This document shows, one piece after another, positions 1 to 8,374 of a stretch of 11,789 bases of DNA (its first letter is position 1; the number at the start of each line of letters is the position of its first letter). This DNA is from Planctomycetota bacterium. Lineage in GTDB: Bacteria; Planctomycetota; UBA1135; UBA2386. Location: positions 1 to 11,789 of the forward strand of contig CANMWZ010000064.1 of the NCBI GenBank assembly GCA_947501605.1, given 5' to 3'. Made by a program: the position numbers and the translations under genes. The notes below the pieces were generated by a model, which saw nothing but the letters and a program-made list of their open reading frames with translations, was not told where the DNA came from and made no database searches.

Positions 1-342
1 GAAGGCGACTACCCGTCGATCGTCTGCGCCTTCGGCATCGTGCTGGTCGCGTCGTTCACGCGGGGCTTCCGCACGAAGACGTGGTTCTCGGTGGCGTGGG
101 GAACCTTGGCGCAGGCCTCCTATTCGATCTACTTGTCGCAAGCGTTCACGCTGGCCGGGTTCGTCGTGATCGCCGAGAAGCTGTCGCTGCTGGCCTACTT
201 GCCCTACTGGGTGGCGGTCGCGGCGACGATGGCGTTTGCGCTCGTCGCCGGGGTGCTCACGCATCGCTACGTCGAACGGCCGCTCTCGGATCTGGCGGCG
301 CGCAGGGTCGGCGAGGGTCGGGGCGGGCAGCGAGCTGGGTAG
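1..342 (+). CDS. Acyltransferase-3 family (OafA/YrhL-like) membrane O-acyltransferase, C-terminal part (5' end lies outside the window)
   Basis: Frame 1 is open from base 1 (EGDYPSIVCAFGIVLV...) to TAG at 340-342. It has hydrophobic helices and the typical AT3 C-terminal motifs 'LAQASYSIYLSQ' (G..SYSxYLxH-like) and 'LTHRYVERP'. Confidence 0.85.
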   Translation, partial: EGDYPSIVCAFGIVLVASFTRGFRTKTWFSVAWGTLAQASYSIYLSQAFTLAGFVVIAEKLSLLAYLPYWVAVAATMAFALVAGVLTHRYVERPLSDLAARRVGEGRGGQRAG

Positions 343-362
343 CCAGGAAGCGGACGACCCCC

Positions 363-390
363 TTGGCAGATCGCCCGATACGGGCAGAAT
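363..390 (+). promoter_or_regulatory. Possible sigma70-type promoter for the S8 protease
   Basis: TTGGCA (363-368), 16-nt spacer, CAGAAT (385-390), about 80 nt upstream of the ATG. Matches to consensus are imperfect. Confidence 0.3.
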
Positions 391-470
391 GACAAGCCTC
401 CCGGCGGCGTGTGTGCTTCGACTCGGGGCAGTGCCGCCAGCTTCGTCTCTTTTCTCCCATGCGAGGCCCC

Positions 471-1799
471 ATGCATCGGCTTCTCGTGCTCGCACTTGCT
501 GCGAGCGCTCTCCCGACGATCTCCCTGGCGCAGGCGCTGCCGTTCGCTCGACCGCAGCTGCAGGTTCGAGGCTTTGCCAACGAACCCGGCCGCGCCCCGT
601 TGCTCAGTCCTGACCGCATCGTCGTGCGCTTCCACAAGGGTGTCGACGTCGACACGGCGAACAAGCTCGCTGCCGAGGTCGGCCTCGAGGTGGTGGATCG
701 CGGGCTCTACGGCGAGTTCGTGGTGTTCCGCAGCCAACCGGACATGGTCGACAGCTATGTCGAGTGGTTCGCTTCGCAAGCGGCCGTCGACTACGCCGAA
801 CGCGACCCGATCGCCACGACGATGGCGACGCCCACGGATCCCCTCTGGTCGCCCTACCAGTGGAACATGTTCAACCACGGGGCTCTCAGCAACGGCCGCG
901 CCAGCAACTTCGGCATCCAGGCCGATGCGGCGTGGTCCGCGGGTGCCACCGGCACTGGAGTCGTGGTCGCGGTGATCGACACCGGTGTCGCCTACGAGAA
1001 CTTCGGCACGTTCACTGCCGCGCCGGACCTCGTCGGGCGCACGTTCGTGTCGCCCTATGACGGCGTCGCCAATGATGGTCACGCCAACGACGAGAACAGC
1101 CACGGCACGCACGTCGCGGGCACGATCGGTCAAGTCACGAACAACGGCGTCGGCTGTGCGGGCGTCGCCTACAACTGCACGATCATGCCCGTGCGGGTGC
1201 TCGACGCGGCCGGCAGTGGCGCGCTGACGACGATCGCGAACGGTATCTCCTGGGCGGCCAACAACGGTGCCAAGGTCGCCAACATGAGCCTCGGCGGCGG
1301 TGCGGGTTCGACGACGTTGTCCAACGCTGTCGTCGCGGCCAACAATGCCGGAGTCTCGCTGTGCGCGGCGACGGGGAACACCGGCCGTCAAGGCCTCCAG
1401 TACCCAGCTGCTTACTCCCAGTGCATCGCTGTGGGGACGACGCGGTTCGACGGTCGCCGGCCGCGCTACGGCACCTACGGCACCGGTATCGACGTCTGCG
1501 CCCCGGGTGGCGACACCAGCATCGACCAGAACGCCGATGGCTACGCCGACGGCATCCTGCAGCAGACGTTCGCGCCGGGCGCGCCGACCTCGTTCAGCTA
1601 CTACTTCTTCCAAGGCACTTCGATGGCGACGCCGCATGTCGCGGCGGTCGCGGCGCTGGTTCGATCGGTGCGTCCGACCTACACCGCGGCGCAGGTCCGC
1701 AGCGCCATCGAGACGAGCTGCAAGGACGTCGGCAACACGGGCTACGACACGACGTTCGGCTACGGCATCGTGAATGCCGCGGTCGCCATCACGCGCTGA
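471..1799 (+). CDS. Secreted subtilisin-like serine protease (peptidase S8A, thermitase-like) with signal peptide and propeptide
   Basis: Catalytic triad motifs VAVIDTG (Asp codon 978-980), HGTHVAG (His 1101-1103) and GTSMATPHVA (Ser 1620-1622), plus oxyanion AATGN and NMSLGG. Signal peptide MHRLLVLALAASALPTISLA; propeptide ends near YAERD..ATPTDP. An alternative ATG lies at 459. Confidence 0.96.
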   Translation: MHRLLVLALAASALPTISLAQALPFARPQLQVRGFANEPGRAPLLSPDRIVVRFHKGVDVDTANKLAAEVGLEVVDRGLYGEFVVFRSQPDMVDSYVEWFASQAAVDYAERDPIATTMATPTDPLWSPYQWNMFNHGALSNGRASNFGIQADAAWSAGATGTGVVVAVIDTGVAYENFGTFTAAPDLVGRTFVSPYDGVANDGHANDENSHGTHVAGTIGQVTNNGVGCAGVAYNCTIMPVRVLDAAGSGALTTIANGISWAANNGAKVANMSLGGGAGSTTLSNAVVAANNAGVSLCAATGNTGRQGLQYPAAYSQCIAVGTTRFDGRRPRYGTYGTGIDVCAPGGDTSIDQNADGYADGILQQTFAPGAPTSFSYYFFQGTSMATPHVAAVAALVRSVRPTYTAAQVRSAIETSCKDVGNTGYDTTFGYGIVNAAVAITR

Positions 1800-1807
1800 G
1801 CGCTGCC

Positions 1808-3790
1808 TCACGACTTCGAGATCGACAGCTGGACGGTCTGTGTGCCGGTCCCGTCGCTGTCGATCTCGATTCTGCTTCGCGCCTGATCCGCATTCTCCGC
1901 GAACGGATCGTCGGGGAGCCGCCTGCCGGCGCGCACTTCGTAGCGTCCTGCCGGCAAGTGCTCGATGCGGAATGCCCCACTGCGATCGACGCGGGCCTCG
2001 AACACGACGCCGGGCAACAGGTCCTTGACCGCCGTCGGCACGACCTGGACGACGATGCTGGTGTCGATCTCGCCGTCCCTCAGCGCGCGGCCCACGACGA
2101 TGGCGCCGCGCAGAAGCTGCACATCGCCGAGCGTCAGAATCGCTCCATCGACGCTGACGACGCCGCTCACGAGGCGCGGTGCGAAGGACGGATGCTGAAC
2201 CACCAGACGGTGTTCGCGCGCCGGCACGTTCGCGAGCGAGAATCTACCGTCCTCGCGCGTGCGGCATGTTGGGCTGCTACCGAGCGGCGTCAGCAGTGGT
2301 TGCAGCGCACTCTGGAGCTCGCCGCCGAGCATGGCGGGTGGCAGCAACTGGACGATTGCATTGACGACGGGGCTGCCCCGCTCGTCAATCGAGCGCCCGA
2401 CGACGATGCCGCCGAGTTGCAGCACGACGGTGACCGCGGCGGTGGCCCGCGCTTCCACGGCGAACGGTTGCGACGAGGTCGGTGCGTGGCCTGGCGCGGC
2501 TACTTCGACGAGCCAGGTCCCAGGCTCGAGATCGCCCAACACGAGCGCCCCGTCTTGGAGGCTCTGCGCCGCCGCCGCCGCCGGGCCCTTTCGACGGAGG
2601 GGATCGCGCGCCGGCGGCTGCGAGCCAGGTAGCTCGCTCTCGCCTCGGACGACGACGGTGAACTCCGTGAGCTTGTCGCCCGAAGCCGCGATCGCGGTCA
2701 CCGCCACCGCACCGTGCTCGTCGAGTTCGATGCGAACCGGTCCGCGTGCGTCCGCAGGCAAACGCACTCGCGTGCTGCGATAACCCTCCGCCCCCGCTTG
2801 GAACTCGACGGCGCCGAGCGCGACGCCACGCACGCGGAACGAACCGTCCGCGGCGCTGCGCGCAGTCACTACGCCGATGTCCCGCGCCTCGTCGGGGACG
2901 GCGCGCACGAACGCATCAGGAATCGGCCTGCCACTGCGCGTGACGACGGCGCCGTCGATCGAGCGACCAGGTGGCAGCACGAAGTCGAGGATGTTGGCGG
3001 CGTCTTGCGCAATGTGCTGCTGCGGCCACTCGACGCGGGCGTGGCCGGCGTGCTCGGCGGCGATCGTGCAGTGGCCGGTCGGCACGTGTTCGATCGCGTA
3101 GTTGCCCGTCTCGTCGGTGACTGCACTTCGTCCGCCGTTGCGCCCCGGCAGGTCGCAATGGAGCTGTCGAGGAAGCGTGACCGTGACCTCGGCGCCGGCG
3201 AGCGGGCCGTCGGTCAACGCGTCGCGAACGGTGCCGCGCAGCGTGTTGCCTGCGACCAGAACGATGTCGCCGAGTTCGATCCAGTCGCCGGGCTCGGGAC
3301 TGCGGATGCTGCGATGCCCGTCGGCGTGTGCGTCGGCGAGGAAGTGGACTTCGAGGTCGCGATCGGTGAACTCGTCTCCGATGGGCATCGTGATCGTGCC
3401 GGTATCGTCGCTTCGGGCCGCGGTGATCGGACGGTGGCGCAGCCCCCGTTGGCGTTCGAGGTGCAGCGTGTGGGGGGCAACCTCGGACTTCTGGAATGCG
3501 CAGACAAGCACGCGATCGATCGGCGTGCCACCCGCGTCGACGATGCGGCCACGCAGCCCCTGCGTTCGTGCAGTTGCGATGCGCTCGCGCGCAGCGTTCT
3601 CGCTCTCTTGCGTCGACGTCTTCGTGCTCACCCTACCGATCGCCTGTTCGGAGGCCGCGGGCGAGCCATCGGGGTCTGGCGAGACTTCGCTGCCAACCAT
3701 CGATTCCGGCTGCGGCCAAACGAGAATGGTTACGACGAGCGCGAGGAGCAGGCACAGCGCAGCGAGCAGGCGGCGGGGCATGCGCTCCAT
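1808..3790 (-). CDS. Membrane-anchored protein with tandem carboxypeptidase-regulatory-like (transthyretin/Cna-B-like beta-sandwich) domains
   Basis: N-terminal hydrophobic anchor (RRLLAALCLLLALVVTILVW) and a low-complexity linker. About 5-6 repeats follow, e.g. LRGRIVDAGGTPI, LRGTVRDALTDGPLAGAEV..TDETGNY, IDGAVVTRSGRPIPDAFV..AADGSF, VVGRSIDERGSPVVNAIV..REDGRF, VDRSGAFRIEHLPAGRYEV. Start is ATG 3790 or 3781. Confidence 0.85.
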   Translation of the reverse strand: MERMPRRLLAALCLLLALVVTILVWPQPESMVGSEVSPDPDGSPAASEQAIGRVSTKTSTQESENAARERIATARTQGLRGRIVDAGGTPIDRVLVCAFQKSEVAPHTLHLERQRGLRHRPITAARSDDTGTITMPIGDEFTDRDLEVHFLADAHADGHRSIRSPEPGDWIELGDIVLVAGNTLRGTVRDALTDGPLAGAEVTVTLPRQLHCDLPGRNGGRSAVTDETGNYAIEHVPTGHCTIAAEHAGHARVEWPQQHIAQDAANILDFVLPPGRSIDGAVVTRSGRPIPDAFVRAVPDEARDIGVVTARSAADGSFRVRGVALGAVEFQAGAEGYRSTRVRLPADARGPVRIELDEHGAVAVTAIAASGDKLTEFTVVVRGESELPGSQPPARDPLRRKGPAAAAAQSLQDGALVLGDLEPGTWLVEVAAPGHAPTSSQPFAVEARATAAVTVVLQLGGIVVGRSIDERGSPVVNAIVQLLPPAMLGGELQSALQPLLTPLGSSPTCRTREDGRFSLANVPAREHRLVVQHPSFAPRLVSGVVSVDGAILTLGDVQLLRGAIVVGRALRDGEIDTSIVVQVVPTAVKDLLPGVVFEARVDRSGAFRIEHLPAGRYEVRAGRRLPDDPFAENADQARSRIEIDSDGTGTQTVQLSISKS

Positions 3791-3889
3791 GGTGCGCCGA
3801 GAGGTGGCGGTCGGCAACGGCCCCGGCATGGAACCGACCAAGCCCTTGTGCGCCTATCGCCGACGCCCCGCAACGCCTCTGATCTGCGC

Positions 3890-5149
3890 ATGGACCACCC
3901 GCAGACCCCGCCCGCGTCCTTCGATCCGCTGCGCGCGATGGCGCAGGCCCGCCACGAGTTCGGCGAACATGGCGGCGTCAACTTGTCGATCGAGGCGAGC
4001 ACCACGTTCACCGTGATGGCGGCGACGATGATGCCGCGCATCTTCCATGGCGAAGGTGGCCCGTTCTCCAACACCGCGGGCCCGACCGGCGGCTGCTATC
4101 TCTACGGCCGACACTTCAATCCCACTGTGTTCACGTTTGGCCGCATGCTCGCCGCGATGGAGTCGACCGAGGCGGGCTATGCCACCAGTTCGGGCATCGC
4201 TGCGATCGCTTCGACCTTGCTGCAACTGTGCAAGAAGGACGACCGCATCGTCGCGGCCGACGTGCTCTATGGCGGCACCTTCGCGCTGCTGAAGGACTAC
4301 CTGCCCGAGCGCACCGGCATCGAGACGACGTTCGTCGACGTGATGGACCTCGCGGCTGTGCGCAGCGCACTGCGGGCGATCGGGGCGAAGGTGCTCTACG
4401 TCGAGTCGATGGCCAACCCGACGTTGCTGGTCTGCGACCTGCCGAAGCTCGCGGCGATCGCGCACGAGTGCGGCGCGCAGTTCGTCGTCGACAACACGTT
4501 CAGCCCGCTGCTGCTGACGCCGGCTCGACACGGTGCCGATGTCGTGCTGCACAGCGCGACCAAGTTCTTGAGCGGCGCGAGCGACGTCATCGCCGGGGCG
4601 GTGTGCGGTCGGCGCGAGCTGATCGCGTCGATGATGGACCTGCATACAGGGTCGCTGATGCTGCTCGGGCCGGTGATGGACCCCAAGATCGCGCACGAAC
4701 TGACGCTGCGCCTGCCGCACCTCGGGATCCGCATGCAGGAACACGGTCGTCGCGCGATGGCCTACGCGCTGCGGCTCCGAGAGATCGGCGCCGCGGTGGT
4801 CTATCCCGGCCTGCCGGACCATCCGCAACACGCGCTGCTGCGTTCGCTTTCCAATCCAGGTTACGGCTTCGGCGGGCTGCTGACGATCGACCTGCAGTCT
4901 CTCGAACGCGCCAACCGCTTTATGGAGATCCTGCAGAACGAGCACTCGTTCGGCTTCATGGCCGTGAGCCTCGGCTACTTCGACACGCTGATGAGCAGTT
5001 CGGCGAGTTCGACGTCGAGCGAACTCGGCGACGACGAACTGCTGCGAGCCGGCATCAGCAAGGGACTCGTGCGCATGAGCGTCGGCCTCACCGGCACGCT
5101 GGAGCAACGGCTGCAGCAGCTGGAGGACGCGTATGCGCGGTCGCGCTGA
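3890..5149 (+). CDS. PLP-dependent Cys/Met metabolism enzyme, most like plant-type methionine gamma-lyase (419 aa)
   Basis: Trans-sulfuration family motifs YGRHFNPT, SSGIAAI, LYGGT, YVESMANP, VVDNTF, HSATKFLSG (PLP Lys codon 4562-4564), YPGLPDHPQH, AVSLG and GLVRMSVG. The N-terminal ARHEFGEHGGVN.SIEAS.TFTVM matches plant MGL as I recall it. ATG at 3890; the upstream part of the 811-aa track ORF is antisense shadow. Confidence 0.9.
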   Translation: MDHPQTPPASFDPLRAMAQARHEFGEHGGVNLSIEASTTFTVMAATMMPRIFHGEGGPFSNTAGPTGGCYLYGRHFNPTVFTFGRMLAAMESTEAGYATSSGIAAIASTLLQLCKKDDRIVAADVLYGGTFALLKDYLPERTGIETTFVDVMDLAAVRSALRAIGAKVLYVESMANPTLLVCDLPKLAAIAHECGAQFVVDNTFSPLLLTPARHGADVVLHSATKFLSGASDVIAGAVCGRRELIASMMDLHTGSLMLLGPVMDPKIAHELTLRLPHLGIRMQEHGRRAMAYALRLREIGAAVVYPGLPDHPQHALLRSLSNPGYGFGGLLTIDLQSLERANRFMEILQNEHSFGFMAVSLGYFDTLMSSSASSTSSELGDDELLRAGISKGLVRMSVGLTGTLEQRLQQLEDAYARSR

Positions 5150-5223
5150 TCTGGGCCGCTGAGCTGCGCCGCTGAGCTGCGCCTCTGATCTGGGCCTCTG
5201 ATCTGGGCCTCTGCGCTGGGCCG
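5146..5223. repeat. Tandem 13-bp repeat, 6 degenerate copies, consensus CTGA(T/G)CTG(G/C)GCC(G/T)
   Basis: Units read directly: ctgatctgggccg (5146), ctgagctgcgccg (5159), ctgagctgcgcct (5172), ctgatctgggcct (5185), ctgatctgggcct (5198), ctgcgctgggccg (5211). The first unit contains the lyase TGA stop. Confidence 0.9.
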
Positions 5224-5257
5224 CTGCGCGCGCCAGCGCCGCGCACTTCGCAGCGCC

Positions 5258-6430
5258 TCAGAACGTCAGCGCGAACTGGATCACGCCGCCGTAGCTCTCG
5301 TCGCTGACGTAGCTGCCGGCGAGGTCGATGTGGAATACCTCGAACGGGCTGAGGCCCAGGCCCGCGGTCCACGTGTCGTCGAGCGAGTTCTCGAGGTCGT
5401 TCTGATAGCCGGCGCGCAGTTGCAGCCAGCCCAGCAGGTCGAACTCGGCGCCCAAGTGGAACAGTTGCACGTCGTCCTTGGTGAGCGCGATGGTGTCGCG
5501 GAAGCGCTTCTTGGTGTTGATGTCGACGTCGGCGGCGAGCGTCAGGAGCCCTGTGGACCAGGCGGCGCCGAGCGACGCGGTGGGGTTGATCTCGTAGAGG
5601 AACTGCTGCCCGAGCGTGTTGACCGTGGTGTAGTCCTTCTCGACGAGGTTGCGGGCCACGGCGCCGAACGTGAGGCCGAGACCCGGGTCGATCGAAGCGC
5701 CGACGTCGACGTTGAAGCTGTCGTCGTCGTTGCGGTACTGGTCGTTGTCGAAGTCGCCCGAGTCGTAGTTGTCGGCGTTGACCGCGTAGTTGTAGCTGTC
5801 GACGCGCTGCAGCTTGGGCGTGGCGCCGATGGCCAAGAGCGCACCGCCGAGATCGAAGCCTGTCGCCAGCGAGAACCCGAGTTCGGTGACGGCGACGCCG
5901 AGGACGCGCGCTTCGGATGCGAAGGTGCCGGGGATCGAGCCGCCCTGCAGCGCCGCGATGTCCGCGGCATCGACATCGACGAAGGCCTGGAGGTCGGCGA
6001 ACGTGTGGGCGTGGATGGCCCACGCGAGGTCGCGCGACGGCGCGGCGAACATGAACCCGACGTTGGCGTTGCCGGTGACCTGGCGACCGGAGAGGTCCTG
6101 CAGTTGGTCGGCCAGCGCGTTGAGTTCGCCCTGCGTCGGCGAGCCGCTGGCTTCGAGGCGATCGAGTTCGTCGACGAAGTCCTCGACGTCCTGCAGCAGA
6201 CCGTCCTTGTCGTTGGCGAGCACGCCGACGGTCGGCAGGATCAGGCCGAAGCGGTCGGTGTCCCTGCACTTGGTCAACAACGCGGGATTGGCCCAGCCGG
6301 CCGCGAGGTAGTGCGACGATGCGACCCCGGCGCCGCCCATCGCGAAGTTGCGGGCTTCGAAGTACTGCGCGTGGGCGAAGCCGGCGAGTAGCAGCGAGGC
6401 GGCGGGAAGAACGAGGGTGCGTGGCTGCAT
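5258..6430 (-). CDS. Outer-membrane beta-barrel of the TraF_2 / PorV / FadL-like group (390 aa)
   Basis: Signal peptide ending AHA|Q, N-terminal hatch motif ARNFAMGGAGVA...WANPALL, many amphipathic beta-strands (LGAEFDLLGWLQLRAGY, WTAGLGLS, HIDLAGSY) and a C-terminal Phe (IQFALTF) typical of a BAM beta-signal. ATG at 6430. Confidence 0.85.
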   Translation of the reverse strand: MQPRTLVLPAASLLLAGFAHAQYFEARNFAMGGAGVASSHYLAAGWANPALLTKCRDTDRFGLILPTVGVLANDKDGLLQDVEDFVDELDRLEASGSPTQGELNALADQLQDLSGRQVTGNANVGFMFAAPSRDLAWAIHAHTFADLQAFVDVDAADIAALQGGSIPGTFASEARVLGVAVTELGFSLATGFDLGGALLAIGATPKLQRVDSYNYAVNADNYDSGDFDNDQYRNDDDSFNVDVGASIDPGLGLTFGAVARNLVEKDYTTVNTLGQQFLYEINPTASLGAAWSTGLLTLAADVDINTKKRFRDTIALTKDDVQLFHLGAEFDLLGWLQLRAGYQNDLENSLDDTWTAGLGLSPFEVFHIDLAGSYVSDESYGGVIQFALTF

Positions 6431-6492
6431 GGGCGTGGTGGTTCGTTGAAGAGACGAGGCGTTGCGAGTTGTAGCGCGCGCTGGGTCGGCGA

Positions 6493-8043
6493 TCACCAGG
6501 CGCGGAAGCGGTAGAGCGTGGCGCGGCCGAGGGACTCAGCCTTCGCGAGTTGGTCGAGGCGTGCGATCAGTTCGGGCTTGGCGATCGTGCGATCGATGAC
6601 AAAGGCCGCATCGCCGCGGAACCCGCTCTGCTTGCCGTAGGCGAGGACGAAGTCGACCTCCCAGGCTTCGTCGATGTCACCCTGGAAGATGACGCCGGGG
6701 TCGTAGCGGCGTGCGATCACTGTGCGATTGGTAAAGCCGGCCATGCTGCCGGCAATGCGCTCGCCGACGTCTTGCAGCAGGCGCGGGAACTCCGGGTCGT
6801 TGCGTTGGAAGAAGGTGATGCGCTCTTGCGCGGTGTAGGCACCGTGGACCACGGCCGCGGCGCCGAGGATCGCGAACATCGCGCCGACCAGTTGCCGCGA
6901 CGGGTCCTGTTCGAGGAACCAGCGATGGCCGAGCGCGGGCACGATCGCAGCGAGCACCGCGAGACCGGCCATGAGCGGCATGGGCCAGAAGGGATGGTCG
7001 ACGAAGTGCTTCAGCGTCACGAGGCTGCCGAGCAGCGGCGTCAGCAACAGAGCGATCACGATCGCGAACAGCGTCTTCTTGCGCAGATCACCCTCGAGCA
7101 GCACGCCGAGGAGCCCGGCCGCGGCGAGCGCCAGCAACGGCCAGGTGCCGAACACGACGAGCACGTCGTTGGCCGCGCGTTCGATCGCTTCGGGAGTGAC
7201 TTCGCCCGCGCGCGACTGCTCGTAGGCGCTGAAGTGCAGCATCTCGCGCAGGAAGCCCAACGGGCCGCCGAGGAAGGTGCCGTAGATCAGCGCGATGATC
7301 GCGACCGACAAGATCGACAGCGGCAGCATCGCGAGGACGCCGATGGCGGCGCGGCGAGGATGCGGGGTGAACCACGCGAGCGCGAACAGGGCGAGGCCGC
7401 AGAACTGGCCGAGGAAGTCGATCGACGCCGTGGCGAAGAACAGGGTTGCCGGCAGCCACCAACCGCGCTTCGTCGCGGTCTGCGCCCAGTGCCAGAACGC
7501 CGCGACCGTCGCGATCGACAGCGACATCAGTGCCCCGTCGTAGCAGACCATGGGGCCGAAGTAGCCGACGAGCGGCGTCGCGGTGAACAACAGGGCGGCC
7601 CAGCCGGCGAGGCGCGCATTGGACACTTCGCGGACCAGCCACCAGAGTGCGGCGATGCCGGGCAGGTAGAGGACGAAGTGCGACAGCCGCAGCACCCATT
7701 CGTGGTGACCGAGCACGGCGGCGAACGCGGTCAACCAGAGGGGGTAGTAGGGCGGGTGGTGCCAATGCCACGTGCCGGCGCCGTTCTCGACGTCGACGAC
7801 GTAGGCGGGGCTCCAATGCGTCGCCGACAGTCCGTGCGTGAGGTGGTTGCGCACGAAGACGTCCTCGTAGAGGGCCGTCATCGCGCCGCGGAACCCGCCG
7901 TCCCAGGGGGCGAAGAAGTCGCGCAACGCGGCGGCGAGGGCGACGGCGAAGGCGAGTGCGAGCAGGATGCGGCCAGCGCGCTCGTCGCTTCGATCGCGGA
8001 GGTGGTGGGGGGCGTGGGGCGAAGGCTCGCGACCGTCGGGCAC
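6493..8043 (-). CDS. GT-C fold integral-membrane glycosyltransferase (ArnT / PMT_2 / family 39-83-like)
   Basis: Polytopic hydrophobic protein with a periplasmic loop ending in HHPPYYPLWL, followed by EWVLRL, AALLFTATPLVGYFG and YDG motifs typical of lipid-linked-sugar transferases, then a soluble C-terminal domain. Likely start is GTG at 8043; the first 95 aa of the track ORF look non-coding. Confidence 0.8.
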   Translation of the reverse strand: MPDGREPSPHAPHHLRDRSDERAGRILLALAFAVALAAALRDFFAPWDGGFRGAMTALYEDVFVRNHLTHGLSATHWSPAYVVDVENGAGTWHWHHPPYYPLWLTAFAAVLGHHEWVLRLSHFVLYLPGIAALWWLVREVSNARLAGWAALLFTATPLVGYFGPMVCYDGALMSLSIATVAAFWHWAQTATKRGWWLPATLFFATASIDFLGQFCGLALFALAWFTPHPRRAAIGVLAMLPLSILSVAIIALIYGTFLGGPLGFLREMLHFSAYEQSRAGEVTPEAIERAANDVLVVFGTWPLLALAAAGLLGVLLEGDLRKKTLFAIVIALLLTPLLGSLVTLKHFVDHPFWPMPLMAGLAVLAAIVPALGHRWFLEQDPSRQLVGAMFAILGAAAVVHGAYTAQERITFFQRNDPEFPRLLQDVGERIAGSMAGFTNRTVIARRYDPGVIFQGDIDEAWEVDFVLAYGKQSGFRGDAAFVIDRTIAKPELIARLDQLAKAESLGRATLYRFRAW

Positions 8044-8363
8044 GGGGTGACGATGCGGGGGGCTCGGGGCGCAGTCAAGCGAAGCGGTGGTGGGGGTTGT
8101 AAGTCTGGGGGGCGCAACTAGCCTGCGGGTCCCGTTGCTGAGGAGGCGTTCTCGCGCGGCCTGAGTGGCGGGAAGTTGGAGCGAGTTCGAAGTCGACCAT
8201 GAACACCCCTCTTCCCCACACTTGGCTTGTTCGGTGGGATGTGCAGTCGGGGTCGACGAGTTCAGTCTTCCCCCTCGATCCCGCGCTGCTCTCACAGGAG
8301 TTCGGTTTTCAGGCCCTCGTGCCTTCACCGTTCGTGTTCAGCAGCGCCGTCCGATTGGGCATC

Positions 8364-8370
8364 GGAGGTG
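8364..8370 (+). promoter_or_regulatory. Shine-Dalgarno site for the propeller gene
   Basis: GGAGGTG; GGAGG sits 6 nt before the in-frame GTG at 8375, which opens a convincing signal peptide. Confidence 0.7.
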
Positions 8371-8374
8371 GGCT

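Noticed and set aside
3791..3889. SAM or other riboswitch upstream of the methionine lyase
   Set aside because: The divergent gap is only about 100 nt and I see no recognisable SAM-I/II/SAH consensus.
5146..5223. CRISPR array
   Set aside because: The units are 13 bp and directly abutting, with no unique spacers and no cas genes.
5258..6430. Conjugative element or plasmid implied by a TraF-like name
   Set aside because: No relaxase, VirB4/TraC, coupling protein, integrase or other tra genes are in the window; this barrel family also occurs as a chromosomal orphan.
267..8121. Long antisense and alternate-frame ORFs (267-1811 -, 1361-2632 +, the 2714-3889 part of the 811-aa ORF, 3854-5107 -, 4228-5175 +, 5088-6269 -, 5330-6391 +, 6550-8121 +)
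   Set aside because: They overlap genes with clear family motifs, and their Arg/Ala/Gly-rich translations are typical shadow ORFs of high-GC coding DNA.
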